Shown here piece after piece: positions 38,251 to 53,294 of a stretch of DNA of 64,000 nucleotides; the stretch's first letter is position 1; each line of letters starts with the position of its first letter. Source of the DNA: Octopus bimaculoides (lineage: Eukaryota); contig NC_068988.1 in assembly GCF_001194135.2 (NCBI RefSeq), positions 16,884,982 to 16,948,981 on the forward strand, in the 5' to 3' direction. The notes below the pieces were generated by a model. That model was not told where the DNA came from. It saw only the letters and a list, made by a program, of their open reading frames with translations, and made no database searches. The translations under genes and the position numbers were made by a program.

Positions 38251-40014
38251 GCATTATATATGGAACTGAAATAAAGGTGTACTCTTTGCTATATAGGCGC
38301 GTAAATTGAAGAGATTTAAATTTGGAGAAAGTGTCAAATTGAACATCCCTTTAAGGTATAAACATTTTGAAAAATTGAAAAGACATAAATTGAAAATTGA
38401 AAAAATATAAATTAAGCAACATCGATTTAAGAAATATGTTTCTATTTACGTTCTATTTATGCATAAATTGGATATGAAATTTAGGAATTATGTTATGAGA
38501 TTCCTAAATATTACTTTGTAAATACATCTAACGATCGATTTTGATTTAGCCTGGTGGAAAGGACAACCAACTTTAGCATTTGTTTGTATCATACAGCCCT
38601 TAAAAACAAGTTGATTATATAAAGGATTTCTTCATTCATATATTTAGATTCCACAAATAAAAATGTTTGCTTAAAACTTAAAGAATAGAAAGGACAAAAT
38701 ATTTTTTATATTTTAGCCTATAGGCTAAATCTAAATGCAAATTGAATTGTCTTTTACTAACTCACAAGTTAAATTTGTATGCCGCCATCACGAATTTAAT
38801 GTCATTATTTAATTCTTTTACATTACAATATTCTATGAAATTAAACACAACCGATTCTTGCTAACCTAGATTTGAATAGCGAATACATATTTGAATTTTA
38901 AACCTAATTAAAGCAGTCAGATAATATGTTACCAATGCACAAAGTTAAATTTCTTTAATGTCTTACAAAATTTTGAATTAACACTTTCCTCCCTGGTTTA
39001 AAATGCTTTATGCTCGTGTTACCTAATAAGGAATTTGGTATAACTGTTAATCGAAAAGTTCTATAATCAATCACCTTCATAATTTTGATGAGATTCATTT
39101 TATGACTATATTTCTTTCCGAGATTCGTTTGCGATTTTGCATATACGACGCACGATCTGCGCAGGCATGAAACGTCATATGTTCTTAAAACTCTTAACAC
39201 CAAAGAAATCTTTATTAAATAAGTAAATATTTTGGTTATTCAAGTAGGAGCTTGAAATATTTCGTCCATAGCATGAATGTGTTCATTAGCAATTTAATAA
39301 CGGCTTGTATTATTTTATGTTTTTGCAGGTAAGTTTTAGAGTGAAACATTTTCCTATTGAACATCACGTTACGTAAGTAGCAACGTTTTCATTACATCTT
39401 ATACACATGATTGCGTCTACAAGGCATGTTACTATATAAATGTGTTTCTTGAGACACACAAATAGGAAATAAATCTATAGTCAGCAACCTGATGTTAATT
39501 TCAAAATAAATATGGAACATCAAACACAAAGTTAGAGAAAGATTCATCTTGGTATGTGCAGGATTTCCTGCGATTTTGGCCAATTTTTCGTTTCTTTTGC
39601 AGTTGTAAATTCTCTTTTGCGCTTAACCACGATGTATTCTGCAGACATCAAATATTTTGAAATTACCCGATCCATTGATCTGAGGGAGTTCTTTGCTGTA
39701 CAAAAAATATTGCAAATAATTTCTGAAATTGTACGCACATACACACACACACACACACACGTACACACACACACATACACACACACACATACGTACACAC
39801 ACTCACACATACACACACACACGTACACACACTCACACATGCACACACGTATAAAAATATGTATACACAGAGATTGATATACAAAAAGAGGCATAAGTAA
39901 TGGATATATANNNNNNNNNNNNNNNNNNNNNNNNNNNNNNNNNNNNNNNNNNNNNNNNNNNNNNNNNNNNNNNNNNNNNNNNNNNNNNNNNNNNNNNNNN
40001 NNNNNNNNNNNNNN

Positions 40015-40105
<91 letters not shown>

Positions 40106-40599
40106 ATATACGTGCATAATGAATAGTGTATTGAGCTGTGTTGCGAATAATGTCTATTCTGGTCATCTGCTTATAGAGAAGGAGTCTGGCACAGAACGAT
40201 ATCCTATGACATAGACATTAGCTCGTGTAATGTCGAGAGACAATCTTACACAAACGCTTTTGTCCTTTCAGTATGTCACACAACAATTATGTATCTCAAC
40301 TGAGAATGCTCTAGTTCATATTCTTTCTTTAAAAACAAACTATTTCTATGACAACCGACAGAATAATCATAAATTGCAACACAGCCGCATCTACTGTACA
40401 CGTTTGATAATCTAATGTGAACCGTTTCAAATGTATTCGTATATATTAGAATATAATGAAATTCGAATTAATTCTTATATATTCTTTGTCCACTTTCTAT
40501 TCCTCCACATTTTTGGCTCAATAGCATTTTCCCACATATCTATCTATCTCTTCTCTTTCTCTCTATAACTCTCTCTTTCTCTCTCTCCCCTTCTCCATC

Positions 40600-40638
<39 letters not shown>

Positions 40639-40709
40639 GACACGCCCTATGTTTCTTAAAGCAATTATTTTGGTTGTGTTTATGCGTTTCTGTACATTAA
40701 CGAAGTAAG

Positions 40710-41488
40710 AAAATCGTGGAATAATCGTGAAGAAAATTGGTGTGAAAAATGGAACTAGAAAAAGGAAACAAAACCAAGGGTCAAGCTAGTTTTGATTTAA
40801 TGCGCAGAAAGCTCATTAAATACGACTGGTTTATACCGAAATAATAGCAAATATGTCAGTCTGCGAGACAGCAACTCAGTCTAGAACGAATTTTGCCCTT
40901 CAATTCGATAAAAGAAGGCTGTTCATAAGTTTACAGCTGCTATAAGTTTCAGAATTAAGCAGTCTGTTGGAATTGGTGGATCTAAGAAGGAAAAGACATC
41001 TGTCTGCTATGCATAAGATACAATTTTAGCCCTTCAATTCGATAACAGTATCCTGTTCATAAGTTTACAGCTGCTAAACGATTCAGAATTAAGCAGTCTG
41101 TTGGAATTGCTGTTAGAAGGATAAGATATCTTTCTGCTACGCACAAGATGCAATTCTTAGATCCATTAGAACTAGGTTAGGATTTATCCACTAAACAGTA
41201 TGTGGTGTGGGACTGCTCTTCAAATTCCATACATATATATGAAAATTTTAGCACGAGCATATATATGGGAAGCTTTCTTTTTATCGTACTAGAGGGCACC
41301 ATCCGCTCCAGATTGAGTTGCTGTCTCGTAGACCTTGGCATATTTTCTTTTATTTTGTTCTAATTACTTTTATTTAATGCGCTTTCAGTAATCAAGAATG
41401 ACAAGGTTCTTAGTCTTCTGGACTTCGTTTCTTTTTTACTCGTTCCATCTTTTGCACCAAAATTCTTCACGTTTTTCTCCCGCATTTT
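40710..41488. mobile_element. Fold-back/MITE-like element with ~180-bp imperfect inverted arms and an internal 135-bp tandem duplication
   Basis: Arms 40710-40886 and 41309-41488 (e.g. cgagacagcaactcagtct / agattgagttgctgtctcg; gaaagctcattaaata / tatttaatgcgctttc); core 40890-41160 is two ~135-bp copies. Confidence 0.75.
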
Positions 41489-41754
41489 TATATTTTATTA
41501 CTGTCCAGGGTCTTTGTTTTTAAAATATATATAAGGCCAAAAATAGAACCCGAAAGGTTGCTTTAAAATATATGGCGTATTTTATAAATAATAAAAGCAT
41601 GAAACTATTAGTAGCTCTTTCAGTTGTGTATTGAAACTGATTTTTATCTCGCACTGGATGGAGTTCTTATCTTTGTTGATTCTACCTCAACTAAATCTTT
41701 AAACTTCTCTCTCTCTCTCTCTCCCATTCCTCTCGCTCTCTTTCTCACTTTCTG

Positions 41755-41809
41755 TATATATATATATATCTATATATCTATATATCTATATATATATATA
41801 TATATGTGT

Positions 41810-41888
<79 letters not shown>
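41755..41888. repeat. (TA)n-(TG)n microsatellite
   Basis: Direct reading. Confidence 0.95.
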
Positions 41889-41891
<3 letters not shown>

Positions 41892-43592
41892 CTATTATCA
41901 ACTCCTAGGTCCCTAGGAGTGGTTGATAGAACATAATATACTACACACTTATTTTTCTAGATTTTAACTTAGAGAATCACAGAGCTGGTCTTTATATTGT
42001 TCCATCTTTATCGATTGACTATCTTCACCAACTCTGACTTATATTATAATTTTATTAAATAGAATCATACCGCAGTATATGGATAAGTGAAAATTCAATT
42101 TTGGGGGAAATATAAGAGAGACGATTATTCGGTTCCATATTTTACACAATAAATGCAACACGTCTTTACTGCAATTGAATTTCACAAACATACAACTCAT
42201 TCGTTTCTCCTATTCTATTACATAGCGAATTACACTTTGCTAGTAACCCACCTACTCATTTTAGTATGGATATCGTTATTACACTATCGGCTGAAAAACT
42301 GTCATCTACTTCAAAGGTAAACTCTGGAGTAGACATTTCACCTTAGATACTTTTAATATTACAATTGGATATTCAGATAGCATACAAGTCACAGACATGA
42401 CAAGCCTCTTTCTATTGTATCAACGAAGCATTTTCCCAAGATAGTATGAAGACGCTCTACCCACAAAAAACGTTTCAGTTATTGTAGACATATTTACCAG
42501 TCACTCTCTATATCTTTACCGGCAACACTCCATATTATAACTGGGCTTCTACACAGGCATTCTTTCTGAGAAATAAACACTCCTATATTCATAGTATTAG
42601 ATTCAAAGACAAGTTGGAAAACATTAGCATACATGACACCTATTAGCACGTATAACATAACCTATCATAATAATGCTCATTGTAAAATTATCACAAAATT
42701 CATTGTTATTAAACATAATTGTATACCTGCTTCCCCATCTATGTTGCTTCTATCGAACCATTTTAATCAATACGAGCCACTTGTCCCAGAAAAGTCGTTA
42801 GCATGTCGTTTTTATTGACGCATTTTAGCCTTACATTCAAAATGTGGTAAGCTTTACTACGCTTCCGAACCTCGAATTCTCTTATTGCATGATTTTGTAG
42901 TACTGCCTTTTAGTAGGTCATGCTTGTCATCACTTTTTTTAAACATTCTTTATCTCGTTTTCTTTATATCTCTTTACACCTTAACAATAATTCTCCCACC
43001 TTTACCATTATAATTCTCACCAGTTCGTAGTTTTTTATCTATTTTATTCTCCCATCATATTTTCCACAACGCTTTCTCAGCTGAGATACTGCTCATATTC
43101 TCGAGTTCTTTCATATTAGCGTTAAAATAAGTTCACTGTATTTATTTCATTCTTTATCTATTTATATACACCTACAACATCTAATGACGCTATTTATTTC
43201 TAAGAGTATCATTCCCGTCATCGTAATTAACTAGTCATTTTGGGGGTGTCTTCCGTTTCATGCATGAAATTCCTATGTATTATGGTCAGTAATATTGTAA
43301 TACACAGTCCCCACGTAATTACACAACATGCTTCATGATATCCACAATTCACAGTAGACATTCAAACAGCCATAGAAGTTTGATCACATCATGCAAATTC
43401 TGAAACAACTCTTGTAAATATATTCCATATATCTTTAACTGTTTTCTCATCTTTCTCTCTGTCACTCTCACTCTCTCTCTTTGTACGTGTAAATGTGTAC
43501 GTCCAAACATATTTGGTTTCATTACATTTAATACATTATGTAATATATACATATATATATATACACACCCACACACACATACACACACTCAC

Positions 43593-43661
<69 letters not shown>

Positions 43662-43682
43662 AATACATGCACATATATTAAT

Positions 43683-44452
43683 TTATAATCAGGATACAAG
43701 ATAGTACCAGCATTGCTAGAAATGAGTCAAAACGACTCAAAAGCCAGTTATCACTAATATGCGCTGGCGAATTCGAGGAAACGAGTAAATAAAATAGCCT
43801 ACGTAGCAATACTATTTAACAAATCCCAAATGAATTTTGATATACTCATATCACGTGATTTCGAACGCTGTGATGAACACCTAGTTCTCTTCGGAGAGCA
43901 TTGCTGCCAAGGGCTAAATTTACTCGTGTCACTTTGTACGAATTAACCATTTCGATGCAGCGGCTAATTAAAGAATGATCGAAGTGAATCAAATTATAAA
44001 AACACTTAACGATATTATTATTATTAAATAGTAATACTATAAGTGGCTAGCAAGCATAAAATAAAACATAAAGGTAGGATTAATAATTTATAACCAGGGT
44101 ACAAGATAGCACTAGCATTGCTAGAAATAAGTCATAATGACTCATAAACCACAGACCACCTAACATGAGTACATCGGCAAATTCATTTGCGATTTTTACC
44201 CGATATTGATAAGTTTCATTTTTTTTTTTTCATTTTATCTAGTTTCAGCTCATGAGCTGCGGCCATGCTGGGGCACAGCCATTTAGTTGGCTATTTTATT
44301 TACTCGTTTCCTCTAATTCACTATTGTATATTAGTGACAACTGTAGGTTTTTGAGTCGTTCTCATTCGTATTTCTATCAATTCTGGTACTATCTTCTACT
44401 GTGATTATACATTGATAATTTTACCTTTATGGCTATTTTATGCTTGCTGGCC

Positions 44453-44498
<46 letters not shown>

Positions 44499-44849
44499 AT
44501 ATCAATAATAATATCTCTAAGTATTTTTATAATTTTATTCACTTCGATCACTTTCGAATTTGCCGCTGCATTGAAATGGTCAATGCACACACGTAATGCG
44601 AGTATCTTTGGCCCTCGGGTGGGATACTAATTAAAGAGGACTATGTTTTTAACACAAGGTTCGAAATTACATGATATGAGTACGTCTGCAAATTAATTCG
44701 AGATTTTTTTTCCCGCTATTGGTAAGTTGTTTTTATTTACTCGTTTCCTTGAATTCACAAGTATGTATTAGTGATAACTGTGGATTTCGAGTCGTTTTGA
44801 CCGTCGTGTTTCTTGCAATGCTGGTACTGTCTTTTACCCTGACTATAAA
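43683..44849. repeat. Nested inverted arrangement of a ~115-bp repeat
   Basis: Forward copies 43683-43797 and 44087-44213, reverse copies 44289-44409 and 44730-44849, partial forward copy 44672-44725; shared core caagatagtaccagcattgctagaaat..acgactc..gaattcgaggaaacgagtaaataaaa. Confidence 0.75.
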
Positions 44850-45664
44850 CTGATGAGAAATACTTTGGGTCATACACACAGGAGAATGCGTTTAAACATT
44901 TTGCTCTTAATATAAAGCTCAATATCATCCATAAATCTTCGCTCAGTTCCAATATTTTGTTATTGAATAACAAGAAAAGATTGTTTTAATTTAGCTCGAT
45001 ATTATTCATTTCTAGACAATATTCTACGAGCTTGTGTTATTGTGATAATCTGGACGTAAGTAAAATTCTAATTGACTACTTGTAAGGTAATGTAAAGTAA
45101 TCATTTTAAACGTGCGTTTAAAGCATCCATACAGTGCTAGATTGCAACAGTAGCTCGACATGGAACTAGTGATTTAATTTTCCTTACTGAATATTATGCA
45201 ATTTGCAAAATAAGTTTCAAAAAATGTTAATTACAAATTTATGAAACATCTCTAGGCTATCATTTTGTTAAAGTTGCTGAATCGGGTTAAATGTTTAAAT
45301 GCAGTGGATATGAAAGAGAAGTTGCACATAAAGAGCGTTACATATGACTGTTAGAGCACGTTTGTTGATTTAATGACAAATGTATAAAAATTCGTGTACA
45401 ATACTCTCAAGCAGGTTTTCCATATTCTACATTGTATAACGTATTAAATACACCAGGAGGAGGCATTGCAGGAGATTAATGTAAAAAAAAAAACTATAAA
45501 ATTTTAGCTGAAAATTGAATGTCAGGATATTATTTAGCGACATCTTTAACATTTATGAAATATTAAAATCTTTGGTAAATTTCCTTGTTGTGTTCCTCTT
45601 GTCACAAAGTTCTTTTCTTTTATCATTTCTCTACATCCATCGTTAACAACCAATTACTTCTCTC

Positions 45665-45721
<57 letters not shown>

Positions 45722-47569
45722 TTTCAGTACTGACATGCCGTGTATCTTTCCTATTCAAACATCACTCTTTCTCTTTAATACTGTCATGCACACGTTTCTC
45801 AATGTCTCTCTTATTCACACTTTCATGTTCCCCTTCTATTTTCACCACTCTCTCGACTATTCTTCCTATCTGTTACAGCACGTCTTTTGCTATTCCTCTA
45901 CCGCCTTACTTCCACATATCCCATTATTCCTGTACATTTATTCATCATTCCATCTTTCTCACATTCTTTCTCACTTTTCTTCAGTCTAGCTCAATAGTGA
46001 AAAGGTCACCGCTAATTTAATCGCAGTAAATCAAAATTAGACATTTTGTCAAAGAATACTGTGCGTGCCAGAAACGAAAATAGTTCCCACCGAGCAAGAC
46101 CAAACGCATATATGCATACACAACATATATACATACACACAATCATATAATGTGTTTTTGTGTGTGTGTATGTTGAATATTTACGTAGAATATTGAAAGT
46201 CCATCTTTTCCAGCATCATGTGTTGGTAGGAATCCAAAATGTTGTAGCGAGATAATGATAATCAATGTTAAATTATCTTCTAGGTCAGCGGGTCCATTTA
46301 TGTAACACTATGGTTATGAACCGAAACTAAAAATGGACATACATTAAATAGATTTCATAAGCATCTTCAACAAGACATTATATCGAAATATGCACATATT
46401 ACTTTGAAGATATATTTAAAAAAAAAATATGTATATATGTACATATCTCCACTCATGTCTTTAGTTGCCATTTTATTCCCACTGGATTCCGATTTATTTT
46501 AAGTAAATGTCTCAGTCGATTCCTAGTAATTATGGTTGGGGTTTTTAAATGTTTTCGAATGGAAGATCCAAGTTTCATCGAAGAATATTCCACTTATATT
46601 ATCTACAGACTTAAACACGCCTTTCATTTTATTCTAAAAACCAGATGCTTCGGTTTGCATTTCTGACGAAATATATTACACAGGAAGTTTCAATGTGACA
46701 GTGTGTTTTAAGGCTGATTACGTAAAGTTTCTGCACAGTCCATTTTCTGAATCGCATCTGTTTATTTACACACACAAAACTTTGTTCAACAGAAGACAAT
46801 GGCAATGATTAAAACTTCTGCACACGGATCGCGACATATTGTGGGTTCGAATACCAGGGATGTAATTCAAATACAAGAAATCGAGTCTTTGGTCAGCATC
46901 CAATTAATAAGAAGTTGCAACGTGCGCGCACGCAAGTTGACGCACACACATACGCATACACGTTGACACACACACACACATATACACACATATATATGAG
47001 TACATCACGAGAATTTAGATATTTATAGAAATAAATTGCTTATAACGGTAAAAAGTAAGGTAGAGAAAATTATTCAAAATTGTTAAAAAATATCCATGGA
47101 TGGAAAATATGGAAGGCTTCCCTTGGACTCGGAGCCACAGTTTCTGAAAATTCCTTGTATGAAAAAAATATAAATCTTTTTAAGATGGAGAAATGCCATG
47201 GATTGCCTTGGTGTGATAGTAAAACGCGCGTAATGTTTACACAAGATGGGGTGGATCAAATTACACACCAACCTCCGATTTCCCCCATAAAAGAGCATCC
47301 GATATTTACACGTTATTAATTTTAACTTTCTGTATTTGAAATTCCACTGTTAAAAAGAAAATTATTTCTGGCTTCTCGAAATTTCTAAACCGTTATGTCC
47401 TAAACAACATGCAATTCTTGCTGGTAAAGAACAGCTTTACATTCCAAGGATTTTTTGGGCACAATGCTAGGACGCCGATCAGATTGTAGATAATGTGGGG
47501 GCGATTCCACGGGCAAACCTCAACATTTTTCATCCAAGTTTTATATGCTGTTATATATTTCTCATCATT

Positions 47570-47730
47570 CTGTCTGGGTTTACGTTCTGAGATTAATTTT
47601 GGCCAGGTCAGCTTTCATCGTTTAGGCATTAATTTAACAATTCCAGCCAAGGAACAACGTCGCTGTAATCAACTAGACACCCGCCCCCAAATTTCCGACC
47701 TTGTGCCTTTCTACTCAAAGGATCATTTGT
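47570..47730 (+). mobile_element. Degraded Deu/Nin-like SINE
   Basis: ttacgttctgagattaattttggccaggtcagctttcatc...tgtaatcaactag...ccttgtgcc. Confidence 0.65.
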
Positions 47731-47947
47731 AAATTTCTCTAAGTCGTGTTCCGCCATTAAAACGATTTTTATATAATTCTATATTTTGCTTCATATATTA
47801 TATTAAAATTTGCGTGTATCAAAACATTTTGACAAAATGTCTGCTTGCAAAATGAACATATTAAAGAACACATAATAATGAAAAATTATTAGACTATTGA
47901 ATAGTGCCTAATGATATACGTAAGCTGCTTGCAGTTTTGAAACTTAC

Positions 47948-47953
47948 CAACAG
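47948..47953 (-). other. Candidate 6-nt microexon (CTGTTG)
   Basis: tttattatttttttttatttcag|CTGTTG|gtaagtttc on the minus strand. Confidence 0.25.
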
Positions 47954-48336
47954 CTGAAATAAAAAAAAATAATAAACGTATCTTAGATATAGTATACTGT
48001 GGAGAAGACTAGCACGTACATGATATCATTAAATAATTAATTTCTGACTGGATACGGTTAATGATACTGTTAACGATGTTATGCTAAAAATGAGAGGAAT
48101 TGATATGGAGAAGTAGATTCAGCAATAGGATATGAATTTTAAGAGAAGTTTCTCTCCAGTTGTAAACAAAATGTGAGATGTTTGCGCGATATCATCATTG
48201 AATTTCCATGGGATTGCTTGGATTTGAGAAGACAGTATTTGTTTCTCTCTCTTGGTATTAATACAACACGCAGATAAGATTAAAAAGGCAAAGCAGTGAA
48301 TGACCATCGTTGTACATCATAATTTTCAAGCAGATA

Positions 48337-48531
48337 CGAAGGTGTTCCTACTTTGATGGTATCGCGAAACGCCTGGCTGGAGGCCCAACCTTCCAAGTTC
48401 TTTTACAAACTGAAGGACCGCTTCAATAAGTGTATGAATGTGAGAGCTGAATATGTTGAATAAAATCATAATTAACTGATTTTCCAGTATTTTCTTTTAT
48501 CCGAAGCCAGGACGTTTTCAGCACCCACTCC
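48337..48531 (+). mobile_element. Internally deleted mariner element
   Basis: TA-cgaaggtgttc left end; AWLEAQPSKFFYKLKDRFNKCMNVRAEYVE* mariner C-terminus; right TIR gccaggacgttttcagcacccactcc-TA. Confidence 0.8.
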
Positions 48532-50474
48532 TAGATGACTTTCAGACATGTATATACTACATCATAAATATCTTTAGAATTACCAACAGTTATCATTGAA
48601 CATAAAATGGAGCAATTCATACCATCTCAAATTACACGAACTTCACACCACATCGAAATATTAATTCTGTAATTTGGGAGACAAATGGTTAGCTACTGCC
48701 GCCACCTATAACCCACATGATCTTTGTCACCTACTAGTGTATGTGCCATTCTTCCAAACAACTCAGCAATATTCTGAAGTTCGCCCATTCTCGTGCACTT
48801 GAGAGTAGAAAAATTTCACACGCACTCATGAACTCTATGATTCTTAGTTGATCTAAGATATGTTCTGTATACATCCCAATGGAAGCCAGGCAGAATAAAT
48901 ATAACACATCTTAAACCGAGCCCAAACAGATTCATTCTATTGTAGGTATTATCGGAATTAACTCACAAAGAGTAAAATACAAGATTGCAGACATAAATTA
49001 TGATATCTCTATTAGAAACGGTACAGTATTGCTGAGTATGAAGTTGGATGGTGATTAATATAGAGATGTGTTTTATCTACTGCATTGAATCAATATATTG
49101 CACTTATTCGTCGAGTTTCTACCAGCTATATGACTACCTTCACTATAGAGATAACCTCATTTATAAAGCAACGATAAGAAAGCCAATAGAAATTTATAGC
49201 GATGGGTTTATTCAAAACATGCCCTTACATCTACTTCAGACAAACATTTCAATGTAATGCATTTTCTTCTCTACATTAATCGCTATACATTATGGGATAT
49301 ATAATTATTTGCTCATATGAATTGTGATATCTGCAGCAATGCCGACAGGGAGTGCAGTTTCTAATGAAAGTTATGATCATGTTTATTCTGACAATTTATC
49401 GAACCTAGAATCAAGTGATATATTTACCTTGTCTTGCACAGAGTAACAATATTCAAATGGTCTTTATTTTGCACGACTACCTCTTCCATTAAGGTTTAAG
49501 AAGTATGTATGTTCCTTATCACGAATACAAATATTGCAACTATTCTTGAGCTCGGGTGCATGATAATATGCAAGCATCGGAATTCCTATACAATAGAATG
49601 TCAAAGGTAACATAAATCATTTACTTTTGATGTATCATAGTTACAGTTCTTCATAATAATAATTGTGGTAGTTTTAGAATTAGATGAACAACACTCACAT
49701 TACGTTGACTTACATAAATATATTTCAATTCTCAGGATAACTGAGATTCAATATTATCAATCTTGGATTCTGTTTATAATTCGTAATTCTCCTTGTCATT
49801 TCATTTATATATGAACTTTAATCATTCGGAAATAGGAGGGTTTGTATGATTTTTTGATCGGCTATAAAATTTCTGGAATTGGTGTCTAATGCACCACAAA
49901 CATACGATTTATAATTGTGTATCCTTTGGCAGTGTCCTTAGTTGATAGGCTTATATAGAAGCAACAGTTCGTTACAAAGTTACTCTTCTACGGTAGCAAA
50001 GGGAATTGTGTATAGTAGTTGATATATTTACAGTATTTTGTGATCCTTCTTATTTAGTATCTTATGATATATTGCATCGAAGTTAAAATTATATTTAATC
50101 CTAAAATTATTATACAATGTGAATATTAGAAACACACATCGCTGCTTTTGAGAGGGTGTACAAACCTTCATAAAGATAATAATGGTGATAAATGTAAATA
50201 ATACAATAAATAAAAATGAACGTTATGTTACCTTATAATTAGAACAATCTTTAAATCTGATTGATTAACATTTCCAGGATATTATCGCAGTAAAGCAATC
50301 AACCTATTTCAACTGCTTCTCTCTTCGGGCTTTTGACGTGAGTGTGCGTACATGCTTGTGTGGTGTACCTGTTTGTGTAGTATAAGTGGTTGTGTGTTCG
50401 TGGATGGATTTGTGTGTCTGCATGTTTATGCATGTTTGTGCATGTGTGTATTAATGTGTGTATGTATATATGTG

Positions 50475-50511
<37 letters not shown>

Positions 50512-51077
50512 NNNNNNNNNNNNNNNNNNNNNNNNNNNNNNNNNNNNNNNNNNNNNNNNNNNNNNNNNNNNNNNNNNNNNNNNNNNNNNNNNNNNNNNNN
50601 NNNNNNNNNNNNNNNNNNNNNNNNNNNNNNNNNNNNNNNNNNNNNNNNNNNNNNNNNNNNNNNNNNNNNNNNNNNNNNNNNNNNNNNNNNNNNNNNNNNN
50701 NNNNNNNNNNNNNNNNNNNNNNNNNNNNNNNNNNNNNNNNNNNNNNNNNNNNNNNNNNNNNNNNNNNNNNNNNNNNNNNNNNNNNNNNNNNNNTATATAT
50801 ATATATATATACATGTGTATATATATATACATGTATATATATACATGTATATATGTATATATATATGTATATATATTTTTAATCAATTTCTAATCGCTGT
50901 TTATTTATTTATTTATATTATTCTATTGCATTTTTAATCGATTTTTATTCTTATGTATAAACATTTTCACCTCCCTTTACTAATTTGGTTTTTGTGGTCT
51001 ATGTTGTACTTCTTATATGTGGTCATTGGTGGGCTACGGCTTTTCGAGTCGATGACCTAACGGTTTTATGCTGCAAT

Positions 51078-51119
<42 letters not shown>

Positions 51120-52017
51120 GCACAGACACACACACACAGATATGACAAATATAGATATTCGTATATGTTCGATTATGGCCACGCGCACATATATATATGT
51201 ACTGGTGTTTGTGTCTTTATTTAGAAGTTTTGGTTTATAAATAATTATGTGGATTTCAGTCTCTCTCCAGAGGTTGCAAAATTATGTTTGATTCACTGTG
51301 ACTAAGAGTAAGCTGTACCAATGATTGATATGGAAATGTTTATGCGTCAACAATAAATCAAAATCATAAGCATAGATATTTTCGTAGGGTTCTATATTTG
51401 CATTTCATAGCGCATCTCAATTTACTAGAGTATATAACTTTAGGAAAATCGGTAGAAGCATTATGCGGTATACAACGTAGAATGTATACATTAGATGCAT
51501 ATCATCTTTTTACTTTTAATTAATGTATATATGCTGTTAAAATTTCAGCACGTATAATTTTATCACTAGCATGAAAGACCAACACAAACCCATAGCTATG
51601 AAATATACAATAACATTTGCGTACATATTTTATTCCCTGAAACATAAATGTTTTCATTTTAGTTAACATTATACACACATGTAAAATGAGCCCAGAATAA
51701 AGAAACTAATGTTGAAGTTAGAATATTTTCACCATAAAGTTATAAGATCAACCGTTACTTGAGACTAAAAGCAAAAGATGAAGACATGATTAATGAATCG
51801 TTTTAGACAAACATCGAAGAAATTTAGGAGCTGATATCAGTTTTAGATATTTAGGCAATATCTAATCGTTAACGGATAGCATACCTGTCTTGTCGGTCTT
51901 TTAGATATATATATATTTACGGTATATACGAATACCTATCATCTCAGTGCACTGCGACCGAGACAAGAGACTGAAGATCTAGAAAATTTGAAATGGTAAA
52001 TACTATAGCATAATCTG

Positions 52018-52037
52018 TCTGTCTGTCTCTCTGTATG

Positions 52038-52129
<92 letters not shown>

Positions 52130-52140
52130 CCTGTCTATCT
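52018..52140. repeat. (TCTA)n microsatellite
   Basis: Direct reading. Confidence 0.95.
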
Positions 52141-52499
52141 ATTTATCTCTATACATATAACATTTGTCAAGCTTTATCATAGTTCCGGACGGTAGTATCT
52201 TTGAAAATAACATATATAATCTGTCATGGATGTATTTATGAGAAATATCACAAATTGAACAACTAGCAGTCATCGTCGGAAATGCAATGTGAACTTCTGC
52301 TTTGGTATCGATGACGAGTGTAATATTGGTATCTACCGTTCAACGAATTAATCATTTCATTCATTTGGCTATTCCGTAGGTTCATTTACATTAACATTAT
52401 GTCCATATTGGTCCAGCATGAGTATGTACAACAAAGCTATTTCACTGAATTATATGCATACTTGATACAGTTGTAAACACTCACTATGTATTCATTTTC

Positions 52500-53294
52500 T
52501 TCAACTTCACAGATAGAAATAAAGTAGATACCCTACAGCTAAAACGAATAATCAGATAGCTTCAAATCACTGCCTAAAAATCTAGTCATTACCAATTATA
52601 TCATCTACCCTACAACAATTAGCGCTCTGACTAGTTAAAATAAAGACATTATAAATGCTTCAGTGAAAAACAAACTTTTTTTATAGGAATATAGCGGAAC
52701 AACTGATTAATAATAATAAAATATTTGTCTTAATTACTTTTATCAGTTAAATGAAGTGAAAAGACTTGTTTTATAAATCCAATAGTATTATGTAATATTT
52801 CGATAAACACTGAACTAATGAGACTTTCTCTATTCTTTCCTAATTTCTATACATCAACTTGTATTTTTGTGCTGCTTTGAGGCAAATACATTCACACATT
52901 TGCGCTCTTAACTTTCAATGAGAGGAGATCTTGTCCAAAACTACTTGTGTGGTATCTCTGATAGACCTCAAGGCATTGTCATTGTTATGTACCATTCAGT
53001 ACAATAACTTGACAAGTATCAGGAGCGATGATACATTATTTACAGCACAGCGAATTTGAGAAATCTTAAATGTTTTCAATATCAAAATGCTGTGACCAAA
53101 GTCTTCAGTCAAAAGCACTTATAACTTTATGACATGTAGGGGTATCAAATCAGGATTCAATGGAAGATACTACTAACTGTTCTTCTAAGTATCTTTGAAT
53201 AGCTCTCTGCGATAGAGGCAAAACGTGCAACTGTGTTGATTGCTATTTCATGTGGATTTGTTACTGTTTTCCTCAGCGTGTCTACTCATGCATG
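52500..53294 (+). pseudogene. Decayed intronless LRR-transmembrane (Toll-like-ectodomain-type) gene
   Basis: Successive LRR units across stops/frameshifts: FTDRNKVDTLQLK-NNQI, FKSLPKNL..PTTISALTS*, LNEVKRLVL-SNSI, NETFSILS*FLYINL, ANTFTHLRS*..DLVQNYL, LIDLKALSLL..IQYNNLTSI, NLRNLK; then hydrophobic ATVLIAISCGFVTVFLSV (53226-53280). Confidence 0.5.

Noticed and set aside
46795-46860. tRNA-like segment (gggttcgaatacc)
   Set aside because: No cloverleaf; a degraded SINE head, not a tRNA gene.
47080-47319. 79-aa ORF with VMFTQDG
   Set aside because: Open on both strands, no splice context; the resemblance to a transposase QDG motif is too short.
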